Assembly: GCA_950097015.1 (NCBI GenBank)
Contig: CATNEN010000038.1
Span: 30,008,001-30,072,000, forward strand
Source: Macrostomum hystrix
Taxonomy: Eukaryota > Animalia > Platyhelminthes
Direction of reading: 5' to 3'
DNA: 64,000 nucleotides
Part shown: positions 25,004-37,500 of the stretch, piece by piece
How the letters are laid out: each line of letters opens with the position of its first letter
Numbering within the stretch: position 1 is the first letter of the stretch
Translations under genes and position numbers: made by a program
The notes under the pieces: model-generated
What the model was told of the DNA's origin: nothing
The model's input: the letters and a program-made list of their open reading frames with translations, nothing else
Database searches by the model: none

Positions 25004-27851
25004 TTAGGTAAAACCATAAAACGTCTGTTGTTTTAAATTAACAGGACTAGGCCTATGGACAGTGACTTAAATATTGAAACTATGTACAAGGCATAGGCCT
25101 ATTTCATTTAACATTTCAATACTGCTAACGTAATCCAAAAAGGTTATTTAAACCTTGAAAAAATTGAAGAGCTATGCCTAGGCCTAGTAGCTAGCTACTT
25201 GTTGTGATTTGTTGGCCATCTGTTTAAGTTTGTTACTTTGACATATTAAAGAATATTAAAGAATACACATAATATTCTGGTACAACAGGCACAAGCTTTA
25301 TTTTAGCTATTAGAAGGCTAATTAGGTTATTTCACAATAGAAAGAGGCTTCCTGATAGACAGTTTCTGTGTTTGTGTAGAATTAAGGTCATGTAATTTAG
25401 GTAATTTAAGCTATAAATGTGTTGCGCATGTATGATGATATAATTAGATGGCTCTATAGTTCTATATCCTGAGTGCTAAGTGGATGCTAGAGTAAATTAA
25501 TATTTATATGAGATAGGCCCCTTATTTTACACCTGAAATATTTTTTTGTGTTTATTCTAACTGTGATTATGTTTGTAAATGATTACTTCTTTTGTCTTTA
25601 TATATGTCTAGCTGAATGAGTATTCTTCTTATCTTTAACTGTTGTCCTTATCAGAAGGCCAATTACAAATGGTTATTTCAGAGAAAGAAAGAGGCATGGA
25701 AAATCAACTATCTTATTCCTAGTGCTGCACTCACTAGTTGTTATACTCCCAATTAGATTATATTTAAATGGCCTTAAAATAAACAATCTCAAAGATAAAA
25801 CTTACTATAGGATTACCAAGAGAAAGGATTTTTCCTAAACACAAGTATTTAGTGGTTACTCACTGATACCTTTGTTGGGGCACAACTGGGAGAATGCGGT
25901 TTTAAATTAGTGATCTAATAGAAGTTTATAGAAATTATAATTTCAATGAAGTTAGTCTTATTTGTTAACTAAGGTATAGTCAGAGATTTAGAGCTGGCCA
26001 GGAATGGCAATGGCTAGTGAAGGAGAATGGTCGGATTAGGCTAGCTAAGGCTGGCCTGGATTAAGGAAAAGGTTGTAAAAATGTTGGAAAAAGGTTTGGG
26101 CGACACTTTCTCTCAGTGCAAGAGCCTTTATATGATTTGACCAAATGGCTGCCATTTGACAGTTAGTTACTAAGGGAATCCTAAGGCTCTTGCCCATTCA
26201 CTTTTTTGGATTGGAGGTAAACTGAATACTCTTTGATTTTCACAAGCACATATAGATGTGAATCACATGGGTTAAATTGTAACATTTCATTCCAATGTAG
26301 TCTGCCCTTTTTGTGTTTCTCTCTGTATACCTAATTCTGCATGTTAGATGCTAAAATCTATTTGAAAAGACTCACTTTTAGAGACTTATTTTCTAAGGGT
26401 AAGGTCTTTGAAGGGTCTAAAGGCTAGTTAAAAATTAAAACATTGTTCTAGGGCTGTTCTAATAAACTGTATGTTTTTGGTAACTTTTAATTTAGAAATT
26501 GTCTTATGACTAACTTATGAGTGTCTTTAATTATTTACTTCAAATTCAAATTGGTAGCTATATATTTCTGATATTGTAGCATTATATGTTTAAGATGGCT
26601 AATATTTATTCTTTCTATTTACTTGTGTATAGCTTTGTAGTTTTTTTCTGTAACTCCTTATCAGTTCTTATCATTCTTTATCACTATTTATCTATCTTTA
26701 TAATTCTTTATCACTATTTATCTATCTTTATCATTCTTTATCACTCAGTTATCAATCTTTATGAAGTCTTAACACTATTCAGTTATTCTTTAATCACTTT
26801 TTAGTTATTCATCAGTCTGTCTTAGGCTTACCAGTGGATCTAGGGTTAGAGCTCTACTTTCACTTTATTCACTTCTTTTTCTCAATGTCTCTTCAAATAA
26901 CTTTAGGGCAAACACTTCACCATTTCAGCTTTCTTATCCTGAATGTTGTTCTCACATGGCAAAAATGTTGATTTTCATCTACATTTTACTTGTGTGTTTA
27001 TACAAAGAATCTCTCTTCATCTTATCTCTGCAACTTCATTAAAACCTTAATTTCCAGTGCATTCAAACAAATTTTATGTGTAATTAAACAAAATAATATT
27101 TTTCGAGGGAAATAGTTTTTAAGAAATGTTAAACAGGGCCCTATCTCAACATTAAGTAAAGAAACAGTGTGTAAAGAAGCACAAGAGCTGCTCAAAAAGT
27201 TACATTTGTTAATGTAAAAATGTAGTTTTTACTTATAAGTTGAAATATTCTTATATTTATAAAAAACTCAACTAACTATAAAGCATTGTTATAATGAGTC
27301 AAGCTTAATTTTGTGATTTTTAAAGTAGAAAATTTGAAACTGCTATTATTGTTACCATTGGAATTCGTTTTTGTTATCTTTGTCTCTTTATCTTTATTCA
27401 TTAAATTTGGCATGCAAAGCTTACAGTATGCTACCTTCATGAATTTATGCCAAACCAGATTTATCCAAGATAAACAGCCTATTCTGGACTATGGCATGTG
27501 TATAACTACTGTATATATATAATATTAGCAGTCTTAGCTTCTTTTATTCATGCTGTGGATCTTCTGTGGTTAATTTTTGTTTATCCCTTATATATCTGCT
27601 TGTTTTTATACATTTTTAAATAGAATTTTGTTATTGCTCTGTGCTATATTTTTTCTTTTGCCTTCTGGCTAGAATATTTTGTTGTAAACTAACATAGCTT
27701 TGTTTTACTCATTTTGATCATTTGTAACATATTGTATGTCTATATTTTTCAGCAATTATTTTGATCTGCTTCTGTTGCAAAAATCAAGTTACAAAAAGCC
27801 TAGATATCTATTAAAAGCAAAGGCAAATACTAAAATACAAATTAAAAAACA

Positions 27852-30800
27852 ATGGGCTGCTGCATTAGTGCCATTGCCTGCTGCTTCTGCAGCTCGGCAG
27901 CCTCATTGTGCTGCACCTGTCTGCCGTCATGCAAGAGCAGCACATCCAGCAGGATTATGTATTCGCTTATCTTTTTGCTAGGCGCTGCTATCTCTTGCAT
28001 AATGCTAATCCCGGGCTTGGATAAGACACTGGCAAAGATACCAGCACTGTGTGACAGTTACAAGATTGGTACACAAATTGGACAAGTTGACACTAAAATC
28101 TATTCCGGCTTCAACTGCAGCCTCGTGATTGGCTTTGGCGCTGTGTACAGAATAGCATTTGGCCTGACTTGCTTCTTTGTACTATTTACCATCCTAATGA
28201 TTAAGGTCAGTTCCTGATTGTCTGTTTCTCTAAGGTATTATAATGTTTAATAACCTTATCTGTCTATTTATGTTCATTCCCTAACCTCCATGTCCAGCTC
28301 ATATTCTACCTGCTGATTCCTTAACCTACCTGTCCATTTCCTAACCTACCTGTCCATTCCTAAACCTCCATGTCCAGCTCATAACCATCCTGCCCATTCC
28401 CAAACCTCCATGTCCAGTTAATAACCATCCTGCCCATTCCCAAACCTCCATGTCCAGTTCATAACCTACCTGCCCATTTCCTAAGTCGCCTGTTCATTCC
28501 CTAAGCTACCTGTCCATTCCCTAAGCTACCTGTCCATTCCCTAAGCTACCTTTCCATTCCCTAAACTACTTGTCCATTCCCTAAGCTACCTGTCCATTCC
28601 CTAAGCTACCTTTCCATTCCCTAAACTACTTGTCCATTCCCTAAGCTACCTGTCCATTCCCTAAACTACTTGTCCATTCCCTAAGCTACCTGTCCATTCC
28701 CTAAGCTACCTGTCCATTCCCTAAGCTACCTGTCCATTCCCTAAGCTACCTTTCCATTCCCTAAACTACTTGTCCATTCCCTAAGCTACCTGTCCATTCC
28801 CTAAGCTACCTTTCCATTCCCTAAACTACTTGTCCATTCCCTAAGCTCCCTGTCCATTCCCTAAGCTACCTGTCCATTCCCTAAGCTACCTGTCCATTCC
28901 CTAAACTACTTGTCCATTCCCTAAGCTACCTGTCCATTCCCTAAGCTCCCTGTCCATTCCCTAAGCTACCTTTCCATTCCCTAAACTACTTGTCCATTCC
29001 CTAAGCTACCTGTCCATTCCCTAAGCTCCCTGTCCATTCCCTAAGCTACCTTTCCATTCCCTAAACTACCTGTCCATTCCCTAAGCTCCCTGTCCATTCC
29101 CTAAGCTACCTGTCCATTCCTTAAGCTACCTGTCCATTCCCTAAACTACTTGTCCATTCCCTAAGCTACCTGTCCATTCCCTAAGCTCCCTGTCCATTCC
29201 CTAAGCTACCTTTCCATTCCCTAAGCTCCCTGTCCATTCCCTAAGCTACCTGTCCATTCCCTAAACTACTTGTCCATTCCCTAAGCTACCTGTCCATTCC
29301 CTAAGCTCCCTGTCCATTCCCTAAGCTACCTTTCCATTCCCTAAACTACTTGTCCATTCCCTAAGCTACCTGTCCATTCCCTAAACTACTTGTCCATTCC
29401 CTAAGCTACCTTTCCATTCCCTAAGCTCCCTGTCCATTCCCTAAGCTACCTGTCCATTCCCTAAACTACTTGTCCATTCCCTAAGCTACCTGTCCATTCC
29501 CTAAGCTCCCTGTCCATTCCCTAAGCTACCTTTCCATTCCCTAAACTACCTGTCCATTCCCTAAGCTCCCTGTCCATTCCCTAAGCTACCTGTCCATTCC
29601 CTAAGCTACCTGTCCATTCCCTAAACTACTTGTCCATTCCCTAAGCTACCTGTCCATTCCCTAAGCTCCCTGTCCATTCCCTAAGCTACCTTTCCATTCC
29701 CTAAACTACTTGTCCATTCCCTAAGCTACCTGTCCATTCCCTAAACTACTTGTCCATTCCCTAAGCTACCTGTCCATTCCCTAAGCTCCCTGTCCATTCC
29801 CTAAGCTACCTGTCCATTCCCTAAACTACTTGTCCATTCCCTAAGCTACCTGTCCATTCCCTAAGCTCCCTCTCCATTCCCTAAGCTACCTGTCCATTCC
29901 CTAAGCTCCCTGTCCATTCCCTAAGCTACCTGTCCATTCCCTAAGCTCCCTGTCCATTCCCTATGCTCCCTGTCCATTCCCTAAGCTACCTGTCCATTCC
30001 CTAAGCTCCCTGTTCATTTCAAAACTTCAGGTGGAAAGCTCCAGAGATCCTCGCTCGAAGATTCAGAACGGTTTCTGGTTCTTCAAGCTACTGATCCTAA
30101 TTGGCCTGTGGGTTGGCGCCTTCTTCATCCCAGCTGATTCGGCCTTCCCAAATGTGTGGATGGGATTTGGCATGGTTGGCGGTTTCCTGTTTATACTAGT
30201 GCAACTGGTGCTGCTAATCGACTTTGCCCACTGTTGGAACGAGGCCTGGACTTCGGCTTACGAAGAGTCGGAGAATCGCTGCTATTATGCCGGCCTGCTA
30301 TTCTTTAGCATTGTGTTCTATCTGATGGCACTGACTCTCACTATCCTGCTGTACGTGTTCTACGCTAGCGACGCAAGCTGTCACATGAGCAAAGCGTTTG
30401 TATCCGTCAATCTGATTCTATGCATCGCTGTCACTGTGTTGTCTGTCCTGCCGAAGATTCAGGTTTGATTATGCTATAGCAACTTGTTTTCCAATGTACA
30501 TTGTGTATTATCAGTCTAAATTGGTTGCCATAGCAACCGGCCTCCTACATAGGCTCCCAATTCAACCGGCATCGTTGTCATATAAACTGTTTAATTTTAC
30601 CAGAGCAATATTTATTTACACTGTCCCATGGCAACCAATTTTGCTATATTATTTGTATTCGTAGCACCTCGTTACCCTAGATATTAGATTTCAGATATAA
30701 ATTTTATGTAAAGCAGAAAAAGCTAGAAATAAGTTTAGGGAACGGCGTGCAATATGTACAGTGTAACCAAGCAGCGAGCGCTACGTCTGAAGTTGTTTTA

Positions 30801-32555
30801 TCATAAAAATACAAATTGTAATATGATTTCTATTTAACAGGATCATCAGCGTTCAGGCATTCTTCAGAGCGGTCTAATCAGCCTCTACGTAATGTATCTG
30901 ACCTGGTCGGCTGTGACCTCAATACCAGTGAAGGCATGCAATCCCACACTGCAGATGGTCAATTTTACCGTAGTTGCGCCAACACAGTCCAGCGGTGGCG
31001 CCGCAACCTCGGTCGCACCGCCCACCACTGGCGACGCCGTTGTGGCCCAATTCAATTGGGAGACTGGTGTCTCTCTTATCATCTTTTTTATCCTGGTGAT
31101 TTATTCGTCTGTTCGCACAGCCGCTCATAGCAATGTTGGCAAATTGGGCCTGACGGTAAGCTGATTGTTTCATGCTAAATTTTCGATTAGCTTAGAATAA
31201 ACCTAATGAAAAATGTACTTTTGCACGACACCACTTCGTATTAGTAACTGCAAATTTTATGCACTTTATGAAAATGCACTTTAAAGTGCCTGTGCACTAC
31301 ATCAGTGCATGCGCACTACATCAGTGCATGCGCACTACAACAGTGCATGCGCACTTCAAAAGTGCATGTGCACTACAAAAGTACATCCGCACTACAAAGC
31401 TATATTTTTTGTAAGTGCACAATAATAGTGCGTAAGAACTACAATGATGTTGCACCTCTTAAGTTTCTTAAAACTGCAGCTGCGTTTTTCGTTAAAAAAT
31501 ATGTCGATAAAACTACAACTAATAAGTTTATATGCAATACCATTATATATGTATATAAATGAAGTTGGCGATTAACCGCAATAGCTTGAAAATTCTTTGT
31601 TTTACAGACAAGAGCTGAACAGGCAAGTTTTTTTATAGTAAATTTTTTTTTTCTATGGCTAAACATTTATTCTTCTGTAACTGATATATTCTCACAAACA
31701 TTTTGCTTTTAATACTACTTAGTAGTTTAACTGGTTTTAGTAACATAATTTTAAAAACGAAATTTAATGATTGAACCCATGTGTAATTGTAACTCTGAAG
31801 TCTAAATTACCATAACAAAATATTTCTGCTTTAAATGTTACACTTACAATCTTACAAAAAATTGTTGCTTAACTACACCGTCACATTCTAACAACTAAAA
31901 AACTTGCATCTATTGGGCGTTTGTTGGCAGGTTCACAAAAAAATTATTGCTAGGCAAGTCAGTCTTGTAAATATTCGGTTACACTTGGTTTGTGAATAAT
32001 CGATGCTAAATAACTTACATTTTTGGAATGTACATTTAAATTACAAATGCACTCAAGTATGCGTGTACTTTTAAAAGTACATGCGTACTTGAGTACGCAC
32101 GTACTCGTACTTTATTAGCGCATGCACGCTTTAAAGGTTGAAAAGTTAAGCGTTTAAAGTTTCGATTCAAGCACAGTTAAATTAGTGTTTTTTTTAATAA
32201 AAGCAAATAGTCACATGTCCCTACACTCTACCTATTTAATCAGAGCGAGGCCACGACTATCTCTGATACCGACCTTGGCGGCGGCAGCAAGGAGAACGGC
32301 GGCCAGGCTGTTGTCGACGACGAAGAAGACGGCACAACTTATTCTTACTCAGCCTTTCATTTTATGTTCGCCATGGCTTCACTTTACGTTATGATGACGC
32401 TGACTAACTGGTTCATGCCGAGTTCCAATCTGCAGACGCTACAGTCTAATTACGCTTCAGTTTGGGTGAAGATTGTGTCTAGCTGGCTTTGCCTGCTAAT
32501 CTACTCCTGGACCCTGCTGGCTCCTGTGCTGTTCCCAGATCGGGACTTCACTTAA
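27852..32555 (+). CDS. SERINC: Serine incorporator (SERINC/TDE family) multipass membrane protein, ~470 aa
   Basis: Four phase-0 exons: 27852-28205, 30031-30462, 30841-31155, 32244-32555. Hallmark motifs MGC..ACCFCSSAASLCC, SSRDPRSKIQNGFWFFK, LIDFAHCWNE, SGILQSGLISLYVMYLTWSA, YSYSAFHFMF..LYVMMTLTNW and the C-terminal WTLLAPVLFPDRDF. AATAAA at 32684. Confidence 0.96.
28270..30015. repeat. 20-bp minisatellite (CTAAGCTACCTGTCCATTCC)n filling SERINC intron 1
   Basis: About 85 units; the array ends ~15 nt before the acceptor at 30030. Confidence 0.97.
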
Positions 32556-32744
32556 GCGGCTGGAATCAGTGATTGTAGACGGAGTTTTTTGGAGACAGTA
32601 ACGACTAAAATTGGAAGCTCTCAAGTTTTGCAGGATTTTTTTACTTTTTTCTTTGAATAAGCAGTGTTTCAAACTGCCGTTTTAATAAAATTTATTGTGT
32701 GCTAGGCACAAGTACTAATGTCTAAGTTTAAGGTCTTGGTGTTA

Positions 32745-33150
32745 GGCAAGTCAATGTTTGACACAGTTTTGAATCTGTTAGACAAACATTTGAATCTGTT
32801 AGACACAAATTTGAATGAGTTAGACACAAATTTAAATGTGTTAGACACAAATTTAAATGTGTTAGACACAAATTTAAATGTTTTAGACACAAATTTGAAT
32901 GTGTTAGACACAAACTTAAATGTTTTAGACAAATTTGAATGTGTTAGACACAAACTTAAATGTGTTAGACACAAATTTAAATGTGTTAGACACAAATTTG
33001 AATGTGTTAGACCCATTTTGAATAAGTTAGGCGAATAAGTGTAAGATACACATTAGATTGTGTTAGACGAGAATTCGAATGTGTTAGACACAATTTTGAA
33101 TGTGTTAGACACAAATTTAAATGTGTTAGACAACTGTTATATGTGTTAGT
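32745..33150. repeat. 22-bp minisatellite (TGTGTTAGACACAAATTTAAA-type)
   Basis: About 17 units downstream of the SERINC polyA signal. Confidence 0.9.
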
Positions 33151-34049
33151 TAATCACGTTTTTTAATTATGCAGTTTTTTAGTTGAAAACTGATAATGTT
33201 GTAAAATTTGTAGCTTTCAGAATATTTTGTTGTAAGATCGTGATTTTCGCTTAAAACTGCGCTTCAAATTCATTAAAAAAGGTTTTTCTGTTCGGTAAAA
33301 AAATCTCAACAATTTTTGCGTCATACATGTTACTCATTTGTAATTCTTTTACTCCAGTCCAGATATTGAAGTCGTTTATAATTAACAATCGAACTTTAAA
33401 AATCATTTTCTCGGTCTCTTCAATATTCAAACAATTCGCCCTACTTTATTCGCCCTACTTTATTATCGACCAATTTGTTGTAAAACTTGTGTTATCCTGA
33501 CAGTTTTTATCCTACTGAAAGTAGCATAGACTGTATATTAAAAACATACATTTTAAATTTCGGAAACTGTGTAATTTTGCTAATAAAGATTTTTATCAAG
33601 TTTTTCGGCAATTTTTTGGCACATTTTTTGTCTGTAAACTATTATGACAAAATTTAACGTAACTCAAGTATATTATAACGAATGAGAAAAATGTCTTTAG
33701 GCTGTGTTTCGTTTTTTGTGTTTCCTTAATTATTATTAGAATAATCTCGCCTCGAAGCAATGCTGAAGTTCTTTGCGACCAAATTATCTTTAAAAAATTG
33801 GTACTTTGTAAAATTTTCCTTGCATCTATGTTTTTTCTAAAAAAAATTATTAAAAAAATATTGAACTAAGTTAGATATTTTATTCCAGCAATTTCAAAGC
33901 AGAAAAAACCTGCATCAAATATAAAAAGTCTTTTTGTTTCGCTTTTTTGGTCTCATACAAATGGTTTTCAGGAATTCTTGTTGCTAATTTAAATTTTGAC
34001 AAAATTAGGTTTTTAGTTGAATAGATATTTATTATCATTATTGTGCTTG

Positions 34050-34305
34050 TTACTCGCACCAAGGTCCCTGAGCTCGATTCCGCGGCGAAGCCACATTCAT
34101 TTTGGGGGCTTGTGCAATTTACGCCACTGAGGGCCAACCTCCAAGGCGCAGTGAGTGTACACTGCCTGACGATGAGAAAGTCAGAGCTGATGTACACACC
34201 TGTGTGAGCGTGTGCCTGCATAGTGCAAACTATCTGTATGCGTGTGTGCTCAGGAGTCAGCGAAATGGGCAGAATTGCCAGTCACCAAATAATGTGCCAA
34301 TGGCC
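34050..34305 (+). mobile_element. SINE family A copy with internal deletions; an inverted head fragment lies at 34400-34441
   Basis: CTCGCACCAAGGTCCCTGAGCTCGATTCCGCGGCGAAGCCACATTCA head plus the shared body. Confidence 0.85.
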
Positions 34306-34552
34306 ATGCACAACCCTCCTGAAAATATTATAATATTATTATCGGCTTGTTACAATTCTGCCCATTATACTGACGCGTGAGCACAGACTCAAAACAGGTG
34401 CCCAAATCTGAATGTGGCTTCGCCGCGGATACGAGCTCAGGTGGTACTTAGTGAGAAATTAAATAGCGTGACTGATAATTCGTATATTTCTAATTTTTTT
34501 TGAATTTCAGGCCGCAGTTTACAAAGCGGCTGCGAGCCAACCGACAGTGGCC

Positions 34553-37500
34553 ATGGCGTCGCCTTCTGCGTCACCGCTGGAACTGAAAACTTCGGAAAAA
34601 TCTTATCTGGAACAGTTAATATGTTATTATTCTTCTACAACATTGATGCCTGATCAAGCTAATACTGTTAAACGTCGACTGAGAAAAGTGGCTTACAATG
34701 CCTTATTAGATAGACTGCCCGGACCGCATTGTTGTCTGCCGCCTTGGCGATCAACTTTAGCTTCGTCAGCATTGTCGTCCGCAGGAAAGCCGCTTGATAA
34801 AGAATCTGTTAGATTAGCATTGGATGATTATTGTATGGAATTGCGATTAGCAAAAAAGTACATCGACGGTAGTAATGGCTTAGAAAATATCTGTGATAGA
34901 TTAGATTCGCAAGCGGATATGCTGCTGTCAACAGACTCTAATCAACCTGATTGGCCGGCTGCCGCAGTGAAATTTCTTCTTTTATTAGCCGATAATGATG
35001 GAAGAAATCCAACAGGTAGAAATTTGCCAGGCTCTATTGCAGCCACTACTTCGAGTACTAATGGTCGATCGAAAGATTATCGTCAATTTCCTGTGGAATT
35101 CTTCGAATCCGCTATTGGTTCAATGTCGTCTTTATTTAGCGACGATGACGTCACAGTTGCTGTTGACGATGATCCTCGCGTCGACGGTCCCGACTTGGTG
35201 CTGCCAGATGCTAGACTATTTCATCAGCGACCTGGCTTTGGATTAGGAACTGTTTGGGCCGCGACTGTTGATGCTCAGAGAGGATTCGATAGTTTGGTTG
35301 ACGTAATGGACGGTACTAGCGTGGATGACTGGCAATTGACCAATTTAGTAAGTGCTTTGTTGTCTAAAGTTTGCCAAATGTGTCAGATTATGGAGCCTAG
35401 TGTGTCAGGTTATGGAGGCTAGGGTGTCAGACTTATGGAGGCTAGGGTGTCAGACTTACGGAGGCTAGGGTGTCAGACTTATGGAGGCTAGGGTGTCAGA
35501 CTTACGGAGGCTAGGGTGTCAGACTTACGGAGGCTAGGGTGTCAGGCCCAAAATTGAAGTATTTCAGACCTACGAGTCTCTACATTGCTTTTGCCTCCGA
35601 TTCAGAATGGCGTCGATAACGTGGTTGGCAACTCGAACAACAATGCTTGGCGTCGGTCTGACTTCAGGCGTCGCGCCGCCGCTCCCGCGTCGCCCGACGA
35701 CGGCTACACCGGTTCGCTGCGGGGCGCCGTTCTCGACGATGGTCGACAATCGCCTCAGTCTAGTCTAGTCGACTTTGCCGACATTGTCGACGGTGCCGAA
35801 GCTGATGAAGCGAAAGTCGAACCGTTGATCTACAGCTGGCTGCATCGCGGTCGACCGGCACCACCCGAGGCGCCCTACCTGACCGAGGCGGGACCTGCCG
35901 CGTTCGACAGCTCGCTGGCAGCTGCCGATTCGCCAATAGCCGCTGCCGCAGCTTTGTCAGCTAATCGAGTATCGCTAGAGAAACTCTGCCTAGACACCCA
36001 GGCCCTGATGATGGGCCTAGCTTCTGTCTGTTTTCCGTTAGCTGAACAAAGTGAACAGATCATTGTGCTGCCAGGATTAGCAATTAACAGCTGCACGCCT
36101 GGAGCTTTGGCGCGCCTACTGGAGCCGCTGATTGTTACTGGGCGACAGATACGACAATTGAAACGGCTGCTGACTGAGGGCCGGCGTCTGATTGACGTTG
36201 GACAGGTGTGCATTTCTTGGAAACTATTTTTATAGTTCCTTGACCTCCCGTGTGACCTTAACTGTGACCTCACCTGTCTTATATTTAGTTCTGTTAACTC
36301 CTGTGACCTCCCATGTGACCTCCCCTGTGACCTCCCCTGTGACCTCCCCTGTAGCCTCCCCTGTGACCTCCCCTGTGACCTCCCCTGTAGCCTCCCTTGT
36401 GACCTCCCCTGTAGCCTCCCCTGTGACCTACCATGTGACCTCCCCTGTGACCTCCCCTTTGACCTCACCTGTAGCCTCCCTTGTGACCTTCCCTGTAGCC
36501 TCCCCCCGTGACCTACCATGTGACCTCTCATATGACCTCCCCTGTGAACTCTGTCTTATTTAGTTACAGCTCAGTGACTCCTGTCCTACATTTTTATCAG
36601 TTTCATGACAACAATTCAACTTTTCTAATAGTTTTATGACTCTTATCCTACCTGTCTAACAGTTCCAAGACCTTAATCCTACCTGTATAACAGTTCCAAG
36701 ACCTTAATCCTACCTGTGTAACAGTTTTAAGACCTTAATCCTACCTGTCTATCAGATCTAAGACCTTAATCCTACTTGTTTAACAGATTCAAGACCTTAA
36801 TCCTACTTGTTTAACAGATTCAAGACCTTAATCCTGTGTATAAATCCAAGACCTTAATCCTACCTGTTTAGCAGATCTAAGACCTTAATCCTACCTGTTT
36901 AACAGTTCCAAGACCTTAATCCTACCTGTTAAACAGTTCCAAGACCTTAATCCTACCTGTTTAACAGATCCAAGACCTTAATCCTACCTGTTTAGCAGAT
37001 CTAATAAGACCTTAATCCTACCTGTTTAACAGATCCAAGACCTTAATCCTACCTGTTTAGCAGATCTAAGACCTTAATCCTACCTGTTTAGGAGATCTAA
37101 GACCTTAATCCTACCTGTTTAGCAGATCTAAGACCTTAATCCTACCTGTTTAGCAGATCTAAGACCTTAATCCTACCTGTTTAGCAGATCTAAGACCTTA
37201 ATCCTACCTGTTTAGCAGATCTAAGACCTTAATCCTACCTGTTTAGCAGATCTAAGACTTTAATCCTACCTGTTTAGCAGATCTAAGACCTTAATCCTAC
37301 CTGTTTAGCAGATCTAAGACCTTAATCCTACCTGTTTAGCAGATCTAAGACCTTAATCCTACCTGTTTAGCAGATCTAAGACCTTAATCCTACCTGTTTA
37401 GCAGATCTAAGACCTTAATCCTACCTGTTTAGCAGATCTAAGACCTTAATCCTACCTGTTTAGCAGATCTAAGACCTTAATCCTACCTGTTTAGCAGATC

